Origin: Diploschistes diacapsis
Lineage: Eukaryota
Direction: 5' to 3'
DNA length: 36,271 nt
Assembly (NCBI GenBank): GCA_023645945.1
Contig: JALAIB010000068.1
Coordinates: 1-36,271, forward strand
A program made the translations under genes and the position numbers. This document shows, piece by piece, positions 13,129 to 24,499 of the stretch (positions within the stretch are counted from its first letter, which is position 1; every line of letters starts with the position of its first letter). A model generated the notes under the pieces. It was not told the origin of the DNA. It did not search any database and worked only from the letters and a program-made list of their open reading frames with translations.

Positions 13129-14900
13129 TCAACGAGGACTTCCACGTGACAACACACTGAGATAAACGTCCTTGACATCTGCCACCCTGCCGTCCACTCC
13201 AGCAACACCGCCACCGGGGCGAACGAAGTAAGCCTGTTTTGCGCGGGATGAACGCAATGATGTACGAGCCCGCTGGGCCTCCACTGCCTCTTGCGCCTCC
13301 CTGGCCTCTCTAGCCTTCCGCGTCTCTTTCGTTGCACGGCGAGGCCGCTTTGGGGGGACATCTTCGTCGAGAAGGACATGGGGTTGGGTGAACGACCGAG
13401 ACCGTTTTCGATAAGGTACTCCTTGGGTAACAGTGCAAGGCTCAGATCCAACAGCGACTTCTGTCGTCATGGGAGACGACGATAGTGGATGTCGTAGAAA
13501 GGCTCCGATGTTTTCTGTGATTCCGCATATCAGAATCAGGGATGACGTTCAACAGCGCGGTCATATCACTTACCAGAGTGGCAGTCGCCAGCCGATGCGT
13601 GAACACCCTGAGATTTACCTCCCCGGTCTTCGTCTCTAGACCGTCGATTTCTTGCCGGGCCTGGAAAATGGGTCCATTCCCAATCTCTCTCTTCGAAAGG
13701 CGGGCAATATCATCTCCTGCGGCTTCTGCAGCCTGCTCATCGTCCGTGACGCCGTCGTCCGTAGCTACCCGTGGCTCTTCCTGCAAGACTTGACGTGGAA
13801 TAGAGCCTACTGTCGTCTCCCTCTCGGTGCAATCAAGTATAGTCGACTGTGCCGCTTTTTGCTTCGACTTACGCAAGCCGAAGGTCTCCTCGTACTCGGC
13901 AAAGACGTCGTGAATTCGGCCAACAGACGCCGGTGCATCCGAATCAACACCGCTGCCACTGCAATCGTTATCACCATCATCTCCAGCTAGAGCACGGGCT
14001 TGGACAGCGTCATCATTGTGTGGTTCATTGCCTTCTTCTTGCTCGTGATCTACACGGTTGTCCGTGTTGTACTTCGCTGAGTAGTCTGGGGCGTGCTTAG
14101 CATCATCCGTGCGTGCGGCACATCCTCCAGAAAATTTTGGGGACCCATCGCCGGGATATGCCGGATCCACGGCTTCGCAGGTAGGCCTTTCGTCATCAAG
14201 ACTGGTGCCGTCGTGGTGCGTGTCAACCGACGGGTCATCTTCCAGCACAATCGGGTGGTCTAGAACAATACGTTAGCATGCACGGTCCCGGTATGCTCCG
14301 CGCGATGTGGGATCTTCTTCACTCACCTCGGCTGGCACCGAGTTGTATGCTTGTGACAGTTGCGGGGACAAGATTGGCAACCTCCTCGCTGTCACCCTCG
14401 CGACCACGCTCTCCGCCCGTCCTATCGACTGTGGCTGGCGATGCGAAGACCTTGCGGCCGAACTCGTCGCCACCTCCAAACGCTGGGTTGTTCTGCCTAA
14501 AGATCTCATGGAGAGATGGAAGGTCACTGGCTTCGCTTTTACAGTCAACGTCATCGTCGTGTTTGTCGCCTTCGTCGCCGGCCTCGATTTTGTCGCTGCA
14601 TGTCGCGCCACTACTACGGTCTCGAGCAACTCGGATGTCGCTGTTGTCGGGACTATGACACATCGGCTCCAAAAGTTCCCGCAGCACCAGACACGCTCGA
14701 GGGGTGTCCTGGTGAGAGGCAGTCAAGTCCACGAAATCGACGAAATCCCCTGTGCCAACAGAATTTGTCTGATCAGGAGATTTGGAGCTTTGTCTGCTCG
14801 ACGCACAAGTGGAAGACCCAACTGTGGGAGATTTGCTGAAAGTATGGTTGTCGAAGCGCGGTGCATTTCCTCGAGGTTGATATGCGATGAAGGCCGCCAT
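13129..14900 (-). pseudogene. Large acidic, low-complexity hypothetical protein gene (two exons, frameshift near 13540)
   Basis: ORF 14319-14900 (MAAFIAYQP..DLPSLHEIF) splices (gtgag ~14326 .. ctaac..ctag ~14260) to DHPIVLEDD of ORF 13442-14248 and ends in the basic KRPRRATKE module. No catalytic domain recognised. Confidence 0.45.
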
Positions 14901-16640
14901 GGCTGGAAAGCAATGAAAAATGAGCCAAAGCGGTCAACAGTGGTTCAGAACGATTATGAAGGAGATTGGATTGACGGCTGAAGATGAGAGAGCAACTGAA
15001 GCCATACATATAGAAGGTCGGCACTGCCCAAGGAGCACCCCAGTTTTGACTTCCCAGAAGGCCCAGGTGCAAGTTTTCACAACTGCCGAATTGACGCCCT
15101 CATCCGCAAACAACTCTTCTGCTGATGGTTTCCCAGGGGCCCCTTGCGGCCTGCATAAGGAAGATCATCGCGGCGGCCAAGTGGAGCAGGTCATACCACC
15201 AAAACGCGACAAGGGACAAGGGCTTTCGGTATCCTGAGTGAGGCATTGACCGCGACGACGGTAGTCTCAGTATGAGGGTGGCACAGGGTGCCGGCTCATT
15301 CTCCCCGGTCCCAAGGGTTCCAGGACGATGAGAAGCATCTTTGGAGCACCGCGAAAGCTCCTTCCAGTGTTTTTTGGGGGGGACGATCTTGCAGGCCCTG
15401 TTCGAAACCGATGGGCAACCTCAAAAGCACACGCCCGCCCACCATTGAGACCATCCGTTGCGGACGTGAATCGACGTCCGCGTTCGTCCGAGCCAAATTG
15501 TGTCTTGGGAGGCCGATTTTTGTTTTCCCCCCTGCGTCCTGCTGTCAGCGAGCGCCAATTTTGGCAATCACCGTACTGCATCCGGCTCAAATGGGACAGC
15601 AACAGCGAATCCACTTTGTCACACGCTGGCGTATGCCCCCATCGCAGGATGGCGACCCTGTTCCCCCGAGCGCTAGGGGCCAACCCCGAGAACTCAGCCC
15701 CGATCGACAGTGCAAATTCGAGACGGAGCATAGGCAGCAACGCGGGCGCACTGCCGATCAACTCGTGCGGTATTTTTGTGATTGGACGCACCAGGTGCGG
15801 CACTCAGCTTGCTGTGCCGGCCTGTGCCAACAACACCAGCGGCGCTTCACAGACTGCCGTGTCATCCTCCACTCAGTGTTCGGCACCGACGGAAGCAAGA
15901 GGGCTGAATGCCAACGCACGGCGACTCAGGCTGTTTTTGACGCTCTCCCCAACTCTTTCGCAAATCTGGAACAAACGCCAGAAAATCGACTTCAAGAAAA
16001 TCATCCAGGCGAGGCGGCACAGGGAGGCGCACCCGTGGTGAGACTCCCTCAGGATCCTCGGTGGAGGTGTGGATGGACGGGATCAGCTGAGGCCTGCAGG
16101 TTGTGCGGCCGGTGGAGCCAAATGTGTCACGCAGGAGTTGGAGGCCTCGAGGGGGCCGAAGAGGGCTGCGTCGAGGGGAGCAAAGGCCGCGAGGATCGAG
16201 GATTGGGAAGGTGATCGGAGTGCACTGGGAGATGCAAGGCGGATTCCGAAGCAGCTAGTGGAGAATCGAGGGGGGCCTGATGCGGCAGAGCAGGATGCAG
16301 GCGGCAGTGCGTGACGCACGACGGGTGCATCACGGCGACGGAGGTGAGAAAGAAAACAGGTTGATGGAAAGAGAATTGGGAAGAGGGAAGGGGACGAGGG
16401 TTCTTATAGATGTCAAAAGCGGCGGCGCACCCGGCCCCGGACCATGCCCGAAGCGGCAGGCCGCCTAAACCGCAGGCGGATTTCCCGGCAACATCTTTAC
16501 TACTATAGTATCTGTTTAGGTCCTAACCGAATCCGTACCCAGACTGTTACCGTGTACAGTGGAACCACCATAACATTAACCATGAGAGTTACAGTCAGCT
16601 TTTATCAATCTTATCATCACCCGACATTCTCCAGACTGCG

Positions 16641-17490
16641 CTAGTTATTGCATCCACGTTGCATTATACTTCTGCTCCTGCTCATCAATGATACTCGAAT
16701 GGCTTCGAAATCAAGACAGTCATGCGGTGTGCCCCGGTCCATCTCCGTTGACGCATGCAGGCGCTCGCCCAGGAATGTCTAGGTGAAGCACCTTCAAGAG
16801 CGAAAGGAGCTCCGCATGGGATGCCCAGCATAAGATACTCGAAACAATGGTCTATGTGTGCGTCCCACATCGGCTCACTATAGCCTTCAGTGAGCGTGGC
16901 CATGCCCTTGATCTGCCAATAGTGATAGCGAATCAAGTTATACACGCCATTAGCCGTTGGGCTGACGAGCTACAAGAGGAAAGCCTTACAAGACACTGCG
17001 TCTGGTGCATAATTGACACCTCGTAGAAGTCGGGCGGAGGCAGCGATGCCATATTAAGGTAGTGAAAGGAAAGCACAGTGCCTTGGGGCACACCGAGTGC
17101 TCCTGGTCGGCAATATACATCGCATCGTGGCCTGCTTGGCAGCTTGCCTTTCAGTGTGCTTTATGTGTGATTCACCAGGCAGCAGGGCGTCCCAGTGATG
17201 ATGAGTATCGTTCGAAAGCCTAATGTACCGGTCGTCGGGTGCGAAGACTCGTCTAACCCGGTCGAATACTGCGGCTGGAATAGTGTCGATGGGCGTCCGT
17301 CCTTGTCTGGCGTCAGTCGTACAAACACCATCAAGGCACATATCCAGCCCAGACTTAGCATAACTAGGAGGGCACGCAGAGAGGCTGGCTGTGGTTTGTA
17401 AGAAATCGGCGCTTGATCGAGATCGCCACCGAGCGACAAGATCTCATCGCTCTGTTTCTCTCGTAGAAGGGTTTTGGAATACATGTCCAT
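16641..17490 (-). pseudogene. UstYa/DUF3328 oxidase homolog #1
   Basis: N-terminal TM (LRALLVMLSLGWICALMVFV), FAPDDRY..HWDALLP, motif 1 YEVSIMHQTQCL (~16993-17007), motif 2 HIDHCFEYL (16844-16858), HDCLDFEAI. At least three frameshifts and an acceptor changed from TAG to TAT. Confidence 0.85.
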
Positions 17491-18414
17491 GGCGTGTGCG
17501 GACTCTGGAGCAATTGGAAAAGTGCAGACGAGATTTGGATGAGAGGTCAAGAACAAAGACCTTATCGAGCACGGCCAGAGAAAGATTCGTGCCGTCAGCA
17601 CACACATACTTTGGCAGTCCGGCACCTTTCCACCAACAGGTCCGAGCAGCAAGGTCTTGGCCGACGAGGCGAACAACGAAGGCGGTATTGCACTACCCCA
17701 TTCTCATAAAGTCACGTCCACAAGGTTTACGGTGAGGTTGACTGAGTGATCTGTGATCCAAAGCTAGTAAACTAAGACGTACACGCAGCATTGCAGCCGG
17801 ATGCAGCGGCAGCTGAACGGCGATCAAAGACGGCTCGGGACTGTTGGCCGCCTAGGTCTTCAGCGGTCGAAGTATATCTGAGGTATACTCGAGGTGGATT
17901 CAGATATGTATTCATATCTGGAGTGGAGAAGGTATGCATTGAGTTTCAAGACCGCTGATGACCGTGCATTTATATGCTCGTATGGCTTAGCGGTGTCCGC
18001 CACCTTATGCATCTCCGCTACCTAATTTCAGATATACTTACTCCATTGGGGTCACCTCTGCCTACAAACACATATACAGAGTCTATCCCCTAGTAGACGT
18101 CAGCGCTTACGCAGCCAACCCATTAGTTTCGCCTGCAAATAATAGAGTTCGATCTAGCGTCTATCATGGAGCAGGCCGCATTCTACATATGTTAGCGCGC
18201 ACAGTGCAGCTATCACTCTGAGGTTGCAGATGGTGAACATGGCTAGAGCAGATAGCCTATTCCATGCGATTGCTTACAGTTACTTTATCCTAGTATTGTA
18301 ACATAACGCAATGACACGACACACAGGAAGACCAGCCATTAATGGCTCAGCTCTTCTATGTCAGCTTCGTTCTTCCCACTTTTTTACACTGTCACAGAAG
18401 TCAACAATACTAAG

Positions 18415-19275
18415 ATGGGTGTTCCAATCTTCCAGAATCGCACCCATCCGCGGCCGGCTATCGTCGTGTTAACGGCGAAGATAAAAATGTCGGCCGCCAC
18501 CGGAGCCGTCTCTCAAGTGATACTATGGTCTACTGCTTCATCGCAGCGCTAGTTGGAGCGGCTGTCGGAGCAGGGGCTGAATTGAATAATTGTGCACCCG
18601 CTTCATCGTCAACACCACCCTTCATCCCAGAGCACGTCTTCATGCCTTCCATTCCCACTCTGTTCAAGCCGGATGAACGATAAATTGGCTGGACCGAGTT
18701 CGTGGACGACGACTGGAACCGGCTGCTCGGACGCAAGTCATGTTTGACGTCCGCGGACGGTTTTCGCTCATAAGTGTCAGCTACCGAGGCTGGCTATTTG
18801 CCCAAAGACGCCACGGTGGGAATGCTGGAATGCCTTGAACGGCCGAACCATTATGGCGAACAACCAAACGAGACTGACTTCTATCATATCTCGAATCCGC
18901 ATCAACTGCACTGTCTGGTATGATCGAGTAAGCCGATGTATCGACTAGACTAACCGGAGAAGAACGTCCTCCGTGTCCGCAATTTGCTACTCCGAGCTGC
19001 TAGCTAACTACAATGGCCCACCGCCCGACATTTCTGAAGACGATGCAGCCAACACGCGTTATCACTCGCGGCACCGTCACGAGTATCTTCGCCAAACCAC
19101 CATGTGCGGCGTCTCATTGGCCATTGACCAACGGCCCGCTGGATACCCAACGGAGCTGAGAGAGGACCGTTGGGGCAATCAACTTGGCTGGGGCACGCGC
19201 CGTGAGTGCATCAATTGGGATGGCCTTACCACATGGCAGGGTGAGCAGCTGCAGAAGTGGGAGCAGACGCAGTAG
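18415..19275 (+). pseudogene. UstYa/DUF3328 oxidase homolog #2
   Basis: TM (MVYCFIAALVGAAVGAG), FKPDER*IGW..DWNRLL (TAA 18681-18683), FYHISNPHQLHCL (18900-18914), intron, HSRHRHEYLRQTTMC (19063-19077), GWGTRRECINWDGL. Frameshifts present. Confidence 0.87.
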
Positions 19276-19539
19276 ATATCGGAGTCCGATAAAACCGATC
19301 TAACAATGCACACTCAACCTCGGGGACTTAGATGAGTCGAATAGAAATATGTTACAAAACGCGAATGGGATACCTTTTTGTATGGATTAACCCCAAAATT
19401 GTTCTTTCGATTAAAAAGCCTCGCCTTGCTTCGCATAGTCAAGGACGGTGCGTTGGCAAACTTACGCATATTGTATATTCCTCGAATAATGCCAAATTGA
19501 CGTTGGGTTTCATTGTCCATGTGATCGTCTGTTTTGGGT

Positions 19540-20373
19540 TGGCAACACTGCTTAACCCAGTACTTTGTCATCCAGTCCTTGACGGCCCATAAATCAGTAC
19601 ACACGTGCGCCACGCCATCTTCGAAGGAGTCGGGCTCACTGGTCGATGCCAACAGCCTCGTATCAAACCTGCACATAAGCGTTTGCCGAATCTGGTCCAG
19701 GCAATGAACAAAGATGGTGCCAGGGCTGCGTCTGGTTCGTACCATCGCGGAAATGGTGGAGAACGTTGCAAAATGACGGCCTGTACACGCTCAGCTGGCC
19801 CGTCGGCCGGAGACAAGCATTCACTTCCCGTGCAGCGTAGCGTATGCATCTCCGCAACGATATGGACGCCGTGATGAGGTCGCAATGGGTCTGGCAAGGC
19901 GCGCGGCAGCCCCGCTGCAGGAGTTTATGGAGTCCGGGAGTGAGAGGACGCCCGTTGCCCTCTGTTACTACCGTCAGCTGAAGGCCAAATGTGCCGGGAA
20001 GGTTTCCGGCAGACTGGAAAGAGTTGGTCGACGTGTGCTTTGTCGTCGCCCCTCGAGGTTGAAGGCCGTTTCCAGATAGAACGGCTGGCGTACCAGTGAT
20101 GCGGGAATGACTGGATGTCGTCAGGCAAGATAACGCGACAACAGTGAGACCCGACCCACGAGAGCTAAGTTTGTCCACTTGTGGCTAGCTGATGTTCGGT
20201 GTCGGTACTTCTTGTCGTCTTTGATGGCTCGCAAACCGCATCGCATTCGCTGCCACGAGCAGCAACAGGGGGATGGATACCGGCCAGGACCACCAGCGCC
20301 GAGAACATACGCTGCTGCGCGGGTTTCTGTCATATGTGTACTCGGCGAACGACTCTTCCTCCTCCCTCGCCAT
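19540..20373 (-). pseudogene. UstYa/DUF3328 oxidase homolog #3
   Basis: MAREEEESFAEY..WWSWPVSIPLLLLVAANA (TM), motif 1 VAEMHTLRC (19832-19846), motif 2 HL(+1 nt)VHCLDQIRQTLMCRFD (~19701-19716), DGVAHVCTDLWAVKDW. In-frame stops present; 3' end approximate. Confidence 0.82.
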
Positions 20374-20700
20374 TGTGCTGCTGGCCGTCGGCCAGGCTGT
20401 CACTGCCCCAGGCAAAGTCGCTTCCTTGATCAAAGGTTTCACAAGCTAACGTTGATAGTGGCGGCTCAGGGTATGTTTTGCCCTCTGGGGAATAGGTTAA
20501 GCTGCTGACGTGATGGAGCCGCTGAAGGCACTGAGATGGTCGACGGCGGCAAACTCATCTCGCGCGAGGCTTTCTCTGGCGTAGCTACGGCTACGACGAG
20601 AAGAAGAAGCGTGGGGAGGAAGAAACGGAGCTTCTGGATGGCGGCAAGTTCATCCCGCCCGAGGGCTCTGGAGCGCAGCTACGGCTACTATGAGGAGTAG
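20360..20700 (+). pseudogene. Kex2-processed repeat (KEP) RiPP precursor peptide gene, three exons, start codon lost
   Basis: Signal-peptide-like exon SLAIVLLAVGQAVTAP (to 20411); intron 20412-20458 (GC donor, gctaac branch, TAG); 12-nt exon 20459-20470; intron 20471-20518 (gtatgt, gctgac, GAG acceptor). Then two repeats, TEMVDGGKLISRE..RSYGYDE-KKKR and GEEETELLDGGKFIPPE..RSYGYYEE*, each with an indel just before RSYGY. Confidence 0.72.
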
Positions 20701-21537
20701 ACGGATATCACCACATGCAGAGGCCCTTCTTAGTCGGATTTTGACTTGATACTTGTCCAATAACAAGAAGAACCCTCGTTGGTCAGACCAGTTTTCTCTC
20801 TTGTTGGTGAAGCGCCGAAGAAGCCGATCAGGGGCCATGGGCGAAGAGATTGAAACGTGATGATCGCGGATGTAAAAGCGTATAGACAATGATATGCGGC
20901 TGCTATAGATTCTACCCTTGAACAGACATTGACGCTTATTCATTTGCTTATTCATTGTCCAGTCCATCCTTGTCTAGTTGTTCGTATGCCTCAGCTGCTT
21001 ATTACTTTAAGTCCTCACAAGTGAAAAGGGGGGCCCTTGCTTATAATCGGAGCACGGACGATGCTGAAGCAGCAGCAACGTTATAAAGATAGTAAGTCGG
21101 GCGCTGCTGTTTTTTATTGATAGGCGTTATAAGAGTCCCACCATGCTAAGGATTTTTTAACCTAAACCCCCCCCGGAAGAAAGACGTTATATCAAACACT
21201 ATTTTGGGAGGCAAAAAAACCATTTAGCTCGGAAGCACTAATGTCTATCAGAGGGTACTAATCACTGTACGAGAGATGCTATGCTGATACTCTAGAAGTT
21301 CGCTTTGGAACAAGGTGGAGGCGCACCGTCCCGGTTAGCCGGCTCAGCAGGGTGGTCCAAGCACAGAAACGCGAGGTTCGTTAGTTGCAAGGTATACATC
21401 AACCAAGACATGTCTTGTCTGGTTCGAGGTTTTGTGACTGTGATGTCGCCTCGGACAGGCTCCAGCCTGCGAATTTGGACGTCCAGGCTGCCCCTCCGTC
21501 AACGGCATCCAGCGAATTGACTCTCACACTGCCGCCC

Positions 21538-22668
21538 ATGCTGTCCCTCGTCCGCCTGCGCAATGCCTTTGGGCGCCGCAAGCATTACCAGCCGTTTTGG
21601 CAGACGTACGAGGACAAAGATGCATCAGAAGGCATCACCTACGAGCCGCAGCCAGAGATGCGCTACAGCGTCGTGCTCAAGGGAGCATGCCTTGCGCTGA
21701 CCTTTGCGACCATTCTGCTTGGCAGCTTACTCTGGTCAGAGCAGGGCGATATGGACCGCACGCGCCTCTTGCATTCAAGCTCCTACTGTAAGTGTTGACC
21801 GCCTGAAGGATATGGCGGTGGTGGATGCTGATACGGAGGGGAAAGGCTCCCTTTCTTGACGCAATTCCTGCTGCTTTGCAAGAGAGCCGGTTCAATGGCT
21901 CGACTCACTAGCCTTCGCCTTACCGACGCCCACCCAGTCTCGTAGTGGCCGTAGCACTCACGGACGATAAGCCGGTCCCATGCGGCGTCCACGGTGTTTT
22001 GTAACGGCTGGATAGGCTCATGTAGGCCAGTTCGTCGCCTGGACATCAATCTCACCCCAGACCAGTTCCAGCGTATTGGCCGACATATCGAGACGGCAGC
22101 AACTAACGCGCCTGAGCGTGGTGGCAGCCTTTCCGCCCAGTCAGAGTTCTCACATCAGGTATGTTGCCTTGTCTGCCGATACTGTTGATAAGAACAACGC
22201 GATACTGACAGCCGTATGCAGTCGCACTGTGTGGTACACTAGCAAGACACCCCATCCATTCTCTCTCTTTGAGGCTAAGCGTGTGCAGAACCTCCTCCGT
22301 AAGGCATCTCACTTTAAGTTCGATTAATTACAAACCCTGTGATCCAGACTTTCAGGTCCGTGACGAAATTTTCAAGATGCATATTGGTAAGAAACGGCCG
22401 AACAATGATGCAGCGCAAGACTAATGGCGTTTGCAGATCGCTGCGTGGAGATGCTCCGTCAAAACATTATGTACAATGCCAACCTCGAGGTTGTCACCGT
22501 CCATTGGATTGAGCAGCGCAGCCAGTCCTGCCGGGCTTCAGTACGGAGCGCACATGCCGTGATTTCGAGAGCATCCTGGAATGGGCCAAAGACCATCAAT
22601 TGCCAGAGGGAACGCCGTTGGTGCCTTTCAAGCCGTCAGGCGCTAAAGCTTTGGTGGCCCCGCCATAA
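21538..22668 (+). pseudogene. UstYa/DUF3328 oxidase homolog #4 (CctO/CctR-like subtype)
   Basis: TM (GACLALTFATILLGSLLW), EFSHQVCCL (22153-22167), NLLRKASHF, HI|DRCVEMLRQNIMYNAN..VVTVHWIE, PGFSTERTCRDFESILEWAKDH, stop 22666-22668. Frameshifts near 22327 and 22530. Confidence 0.87.
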
Positions 22669-23545
22669 GACAGAAATACAGTTGAAGGAACTGCGGTGGA
22701 CATTAGCCACTGAGTTCAGAACAACCCTTTGCGTGTCTAGGAGAGTATGGCCGCTACAGAGGCAAATATTGGATGCTATACCTCATCAGCCAAGAAAAGT
22801 ATGTTTGCAACATTGTGCCTATTTGATTGACTTGCTTGAGGGGGAAGCGGTTTACCCAGATGGGTCCAGTGTTCGAGACTCTGTTTGTAATCTATCCGAT
22901 ACATACGGATGTAGGGTAAAAAGCGAAACTTCTGGACTTTTTGTGTCAGTCTGCAGATTTTAGCAGTTCGTGCAGCTAATTAGCGCAACTCTATCGATCA
23001 GCCCTAGACCTCGCGACCACTGTGGAGGCGTTGCGGCGGCTAAGGCCATATATAGGAGCGGTTCTGACTCAGAAGTTCAGAACCACTGGCGTGCTCGGTG
23101 CTTCGAGTACTGACCAGGGTAAGCACCAGATACCGCCTGCGGTACTCCGAGTATTATAACCCGTTGTAACAGTGTTCAGAACGTTCCAACTGGATAACTG
23201 ACTGACTACCCGCAGACACAGGTCACATGGGGGGTAAAAATATCGGTTATAAAGTGGAGTATAAGGAGCATGGTGTACGGTGTATGGGAGATATTGTACC
23301 GAGGCTGGTGTGATTCGATTGCGTGATGTCTTCAGAAAATAAAATGTCTACTGCCAAGCCTAGGGGTTTAATGACTTATCTTCGTAGCAAAACCACACTG
23401 GTAGCCTTTATTTATGCTCAATCGATAAGCACTTCCGTTTTCAGCACACTTCGGGATATGCTGCTACTGGTCCCGCTCCATATTCCTTACCCGCTAGCAG
23501 CTAGTTGTTCACATCTTGAAGAAGGAGTGGCTGAGACCCTCGTTT

Positions 23546-24499
23546 TCAGTTGGGGTCCTCCTTGATGCCGTCCTCCAGCACCTATTCGGGCGTCTCGAGG
23601 TCAATTAAAGAGTCGGTAACGTTGTGGTCTACCGACCTCTGCTGCAGCATGTCCCGATTCTGGCAACTGTACACGGTGTTGAGGGCCTCGACCGGATCCG
23701 GGTTATCCTTCACCCAGTTCAATGTTGTGATGGAGGCATCCTGGACTGCTTGATCGTAATTCGACTTTGCAGGGGCAGACCCACGCCATGACACATAATC
23801 GCTTCTCTCAAGATTGAAGCAGCGATCTGGATCGTGTAAGCCTTGTGCTCAGCGGAAAAAGGCGAGGAGTCACGTTCGTGCCACTGAACCTCCTCGTCAG
23901 TATGGTTGCCAATGTAGAGAGTCGCGGTAGTAGGGCATATCCTAGTAATTGCTTCGGCGGAAAATATCTACGCAATGCATCTGATGAGGCCCACCGAGCA
24001 GCCCAACGGACTCGTTCGTGCCTGTCGCACGCAGGGCAGAGTCGGACCTGTGTTGACCTGCACCATGATGTCCTCGGGGACAGGGATGGCCATGGAGCCT
24101 GCTACCATGAGCTGTGGACCCCGTGCACATTGCCTGAGGAGAGCCTACCGCCGACCAGATCCAGCCAGAACGCATCGATCTCGAGTCCGGGCTTAGCCAT
24201 CTGCTTGGACTCCCATGTCCAGTGCTTGATGCTGTACTCGAACGCGTCCTTCGCCGGGACTGGGTCTGTCAGTTACGCTGGTGCAACGGGGAACAAGTCA
24301 ACAAGTCAACAACTCACAGGGCGAAAGGACATGGTACTGGTCTAGGCAATTGCTCGTGTCGTTGTTCGTCTCATTGCTTGCGCCATTGATCTGGTGCAGT
24401 GCATAGAACAGCGTCCCGAATAGGAGCACGTTCAGATTCAGCCCCGAGCAGAGCCTTGTTCTCTATCTTGCCATTGTTCAAGCCAGACTTTCCAGACAT
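23546..24499 (-). pseudogene. UstYa/DUF3328 oxidase homolog #5
   Basis: TM fragment LNVLLFGTLFYAL, PGLEIDAFWLDL, LGGPHQMHC (23972-23986), WHE|HRC, ILREAIMCHG|DASITTLNWVKDNPDP..NTVYSCQN. Several frameshifts. Confidence 0.83.

Noticed and set aside
14273..14981. Plus-strand ORFs with hydrophobic stretches
   Set aside because: Antisense shadows of the Asp-rich minus-strand gene.
15267..16470. Overlapping long ORFs (308, 237, 178 aa)
   Set aside because: GC-rich sequence open in several frames on both strands; no recognisable domain or consistent gene structure.
23060..23180. Short palindromes (GTTCTGA..TCAGAAC) between UstYa #4 and #5
   Set aside because: Too short and imperfect to assign a function.
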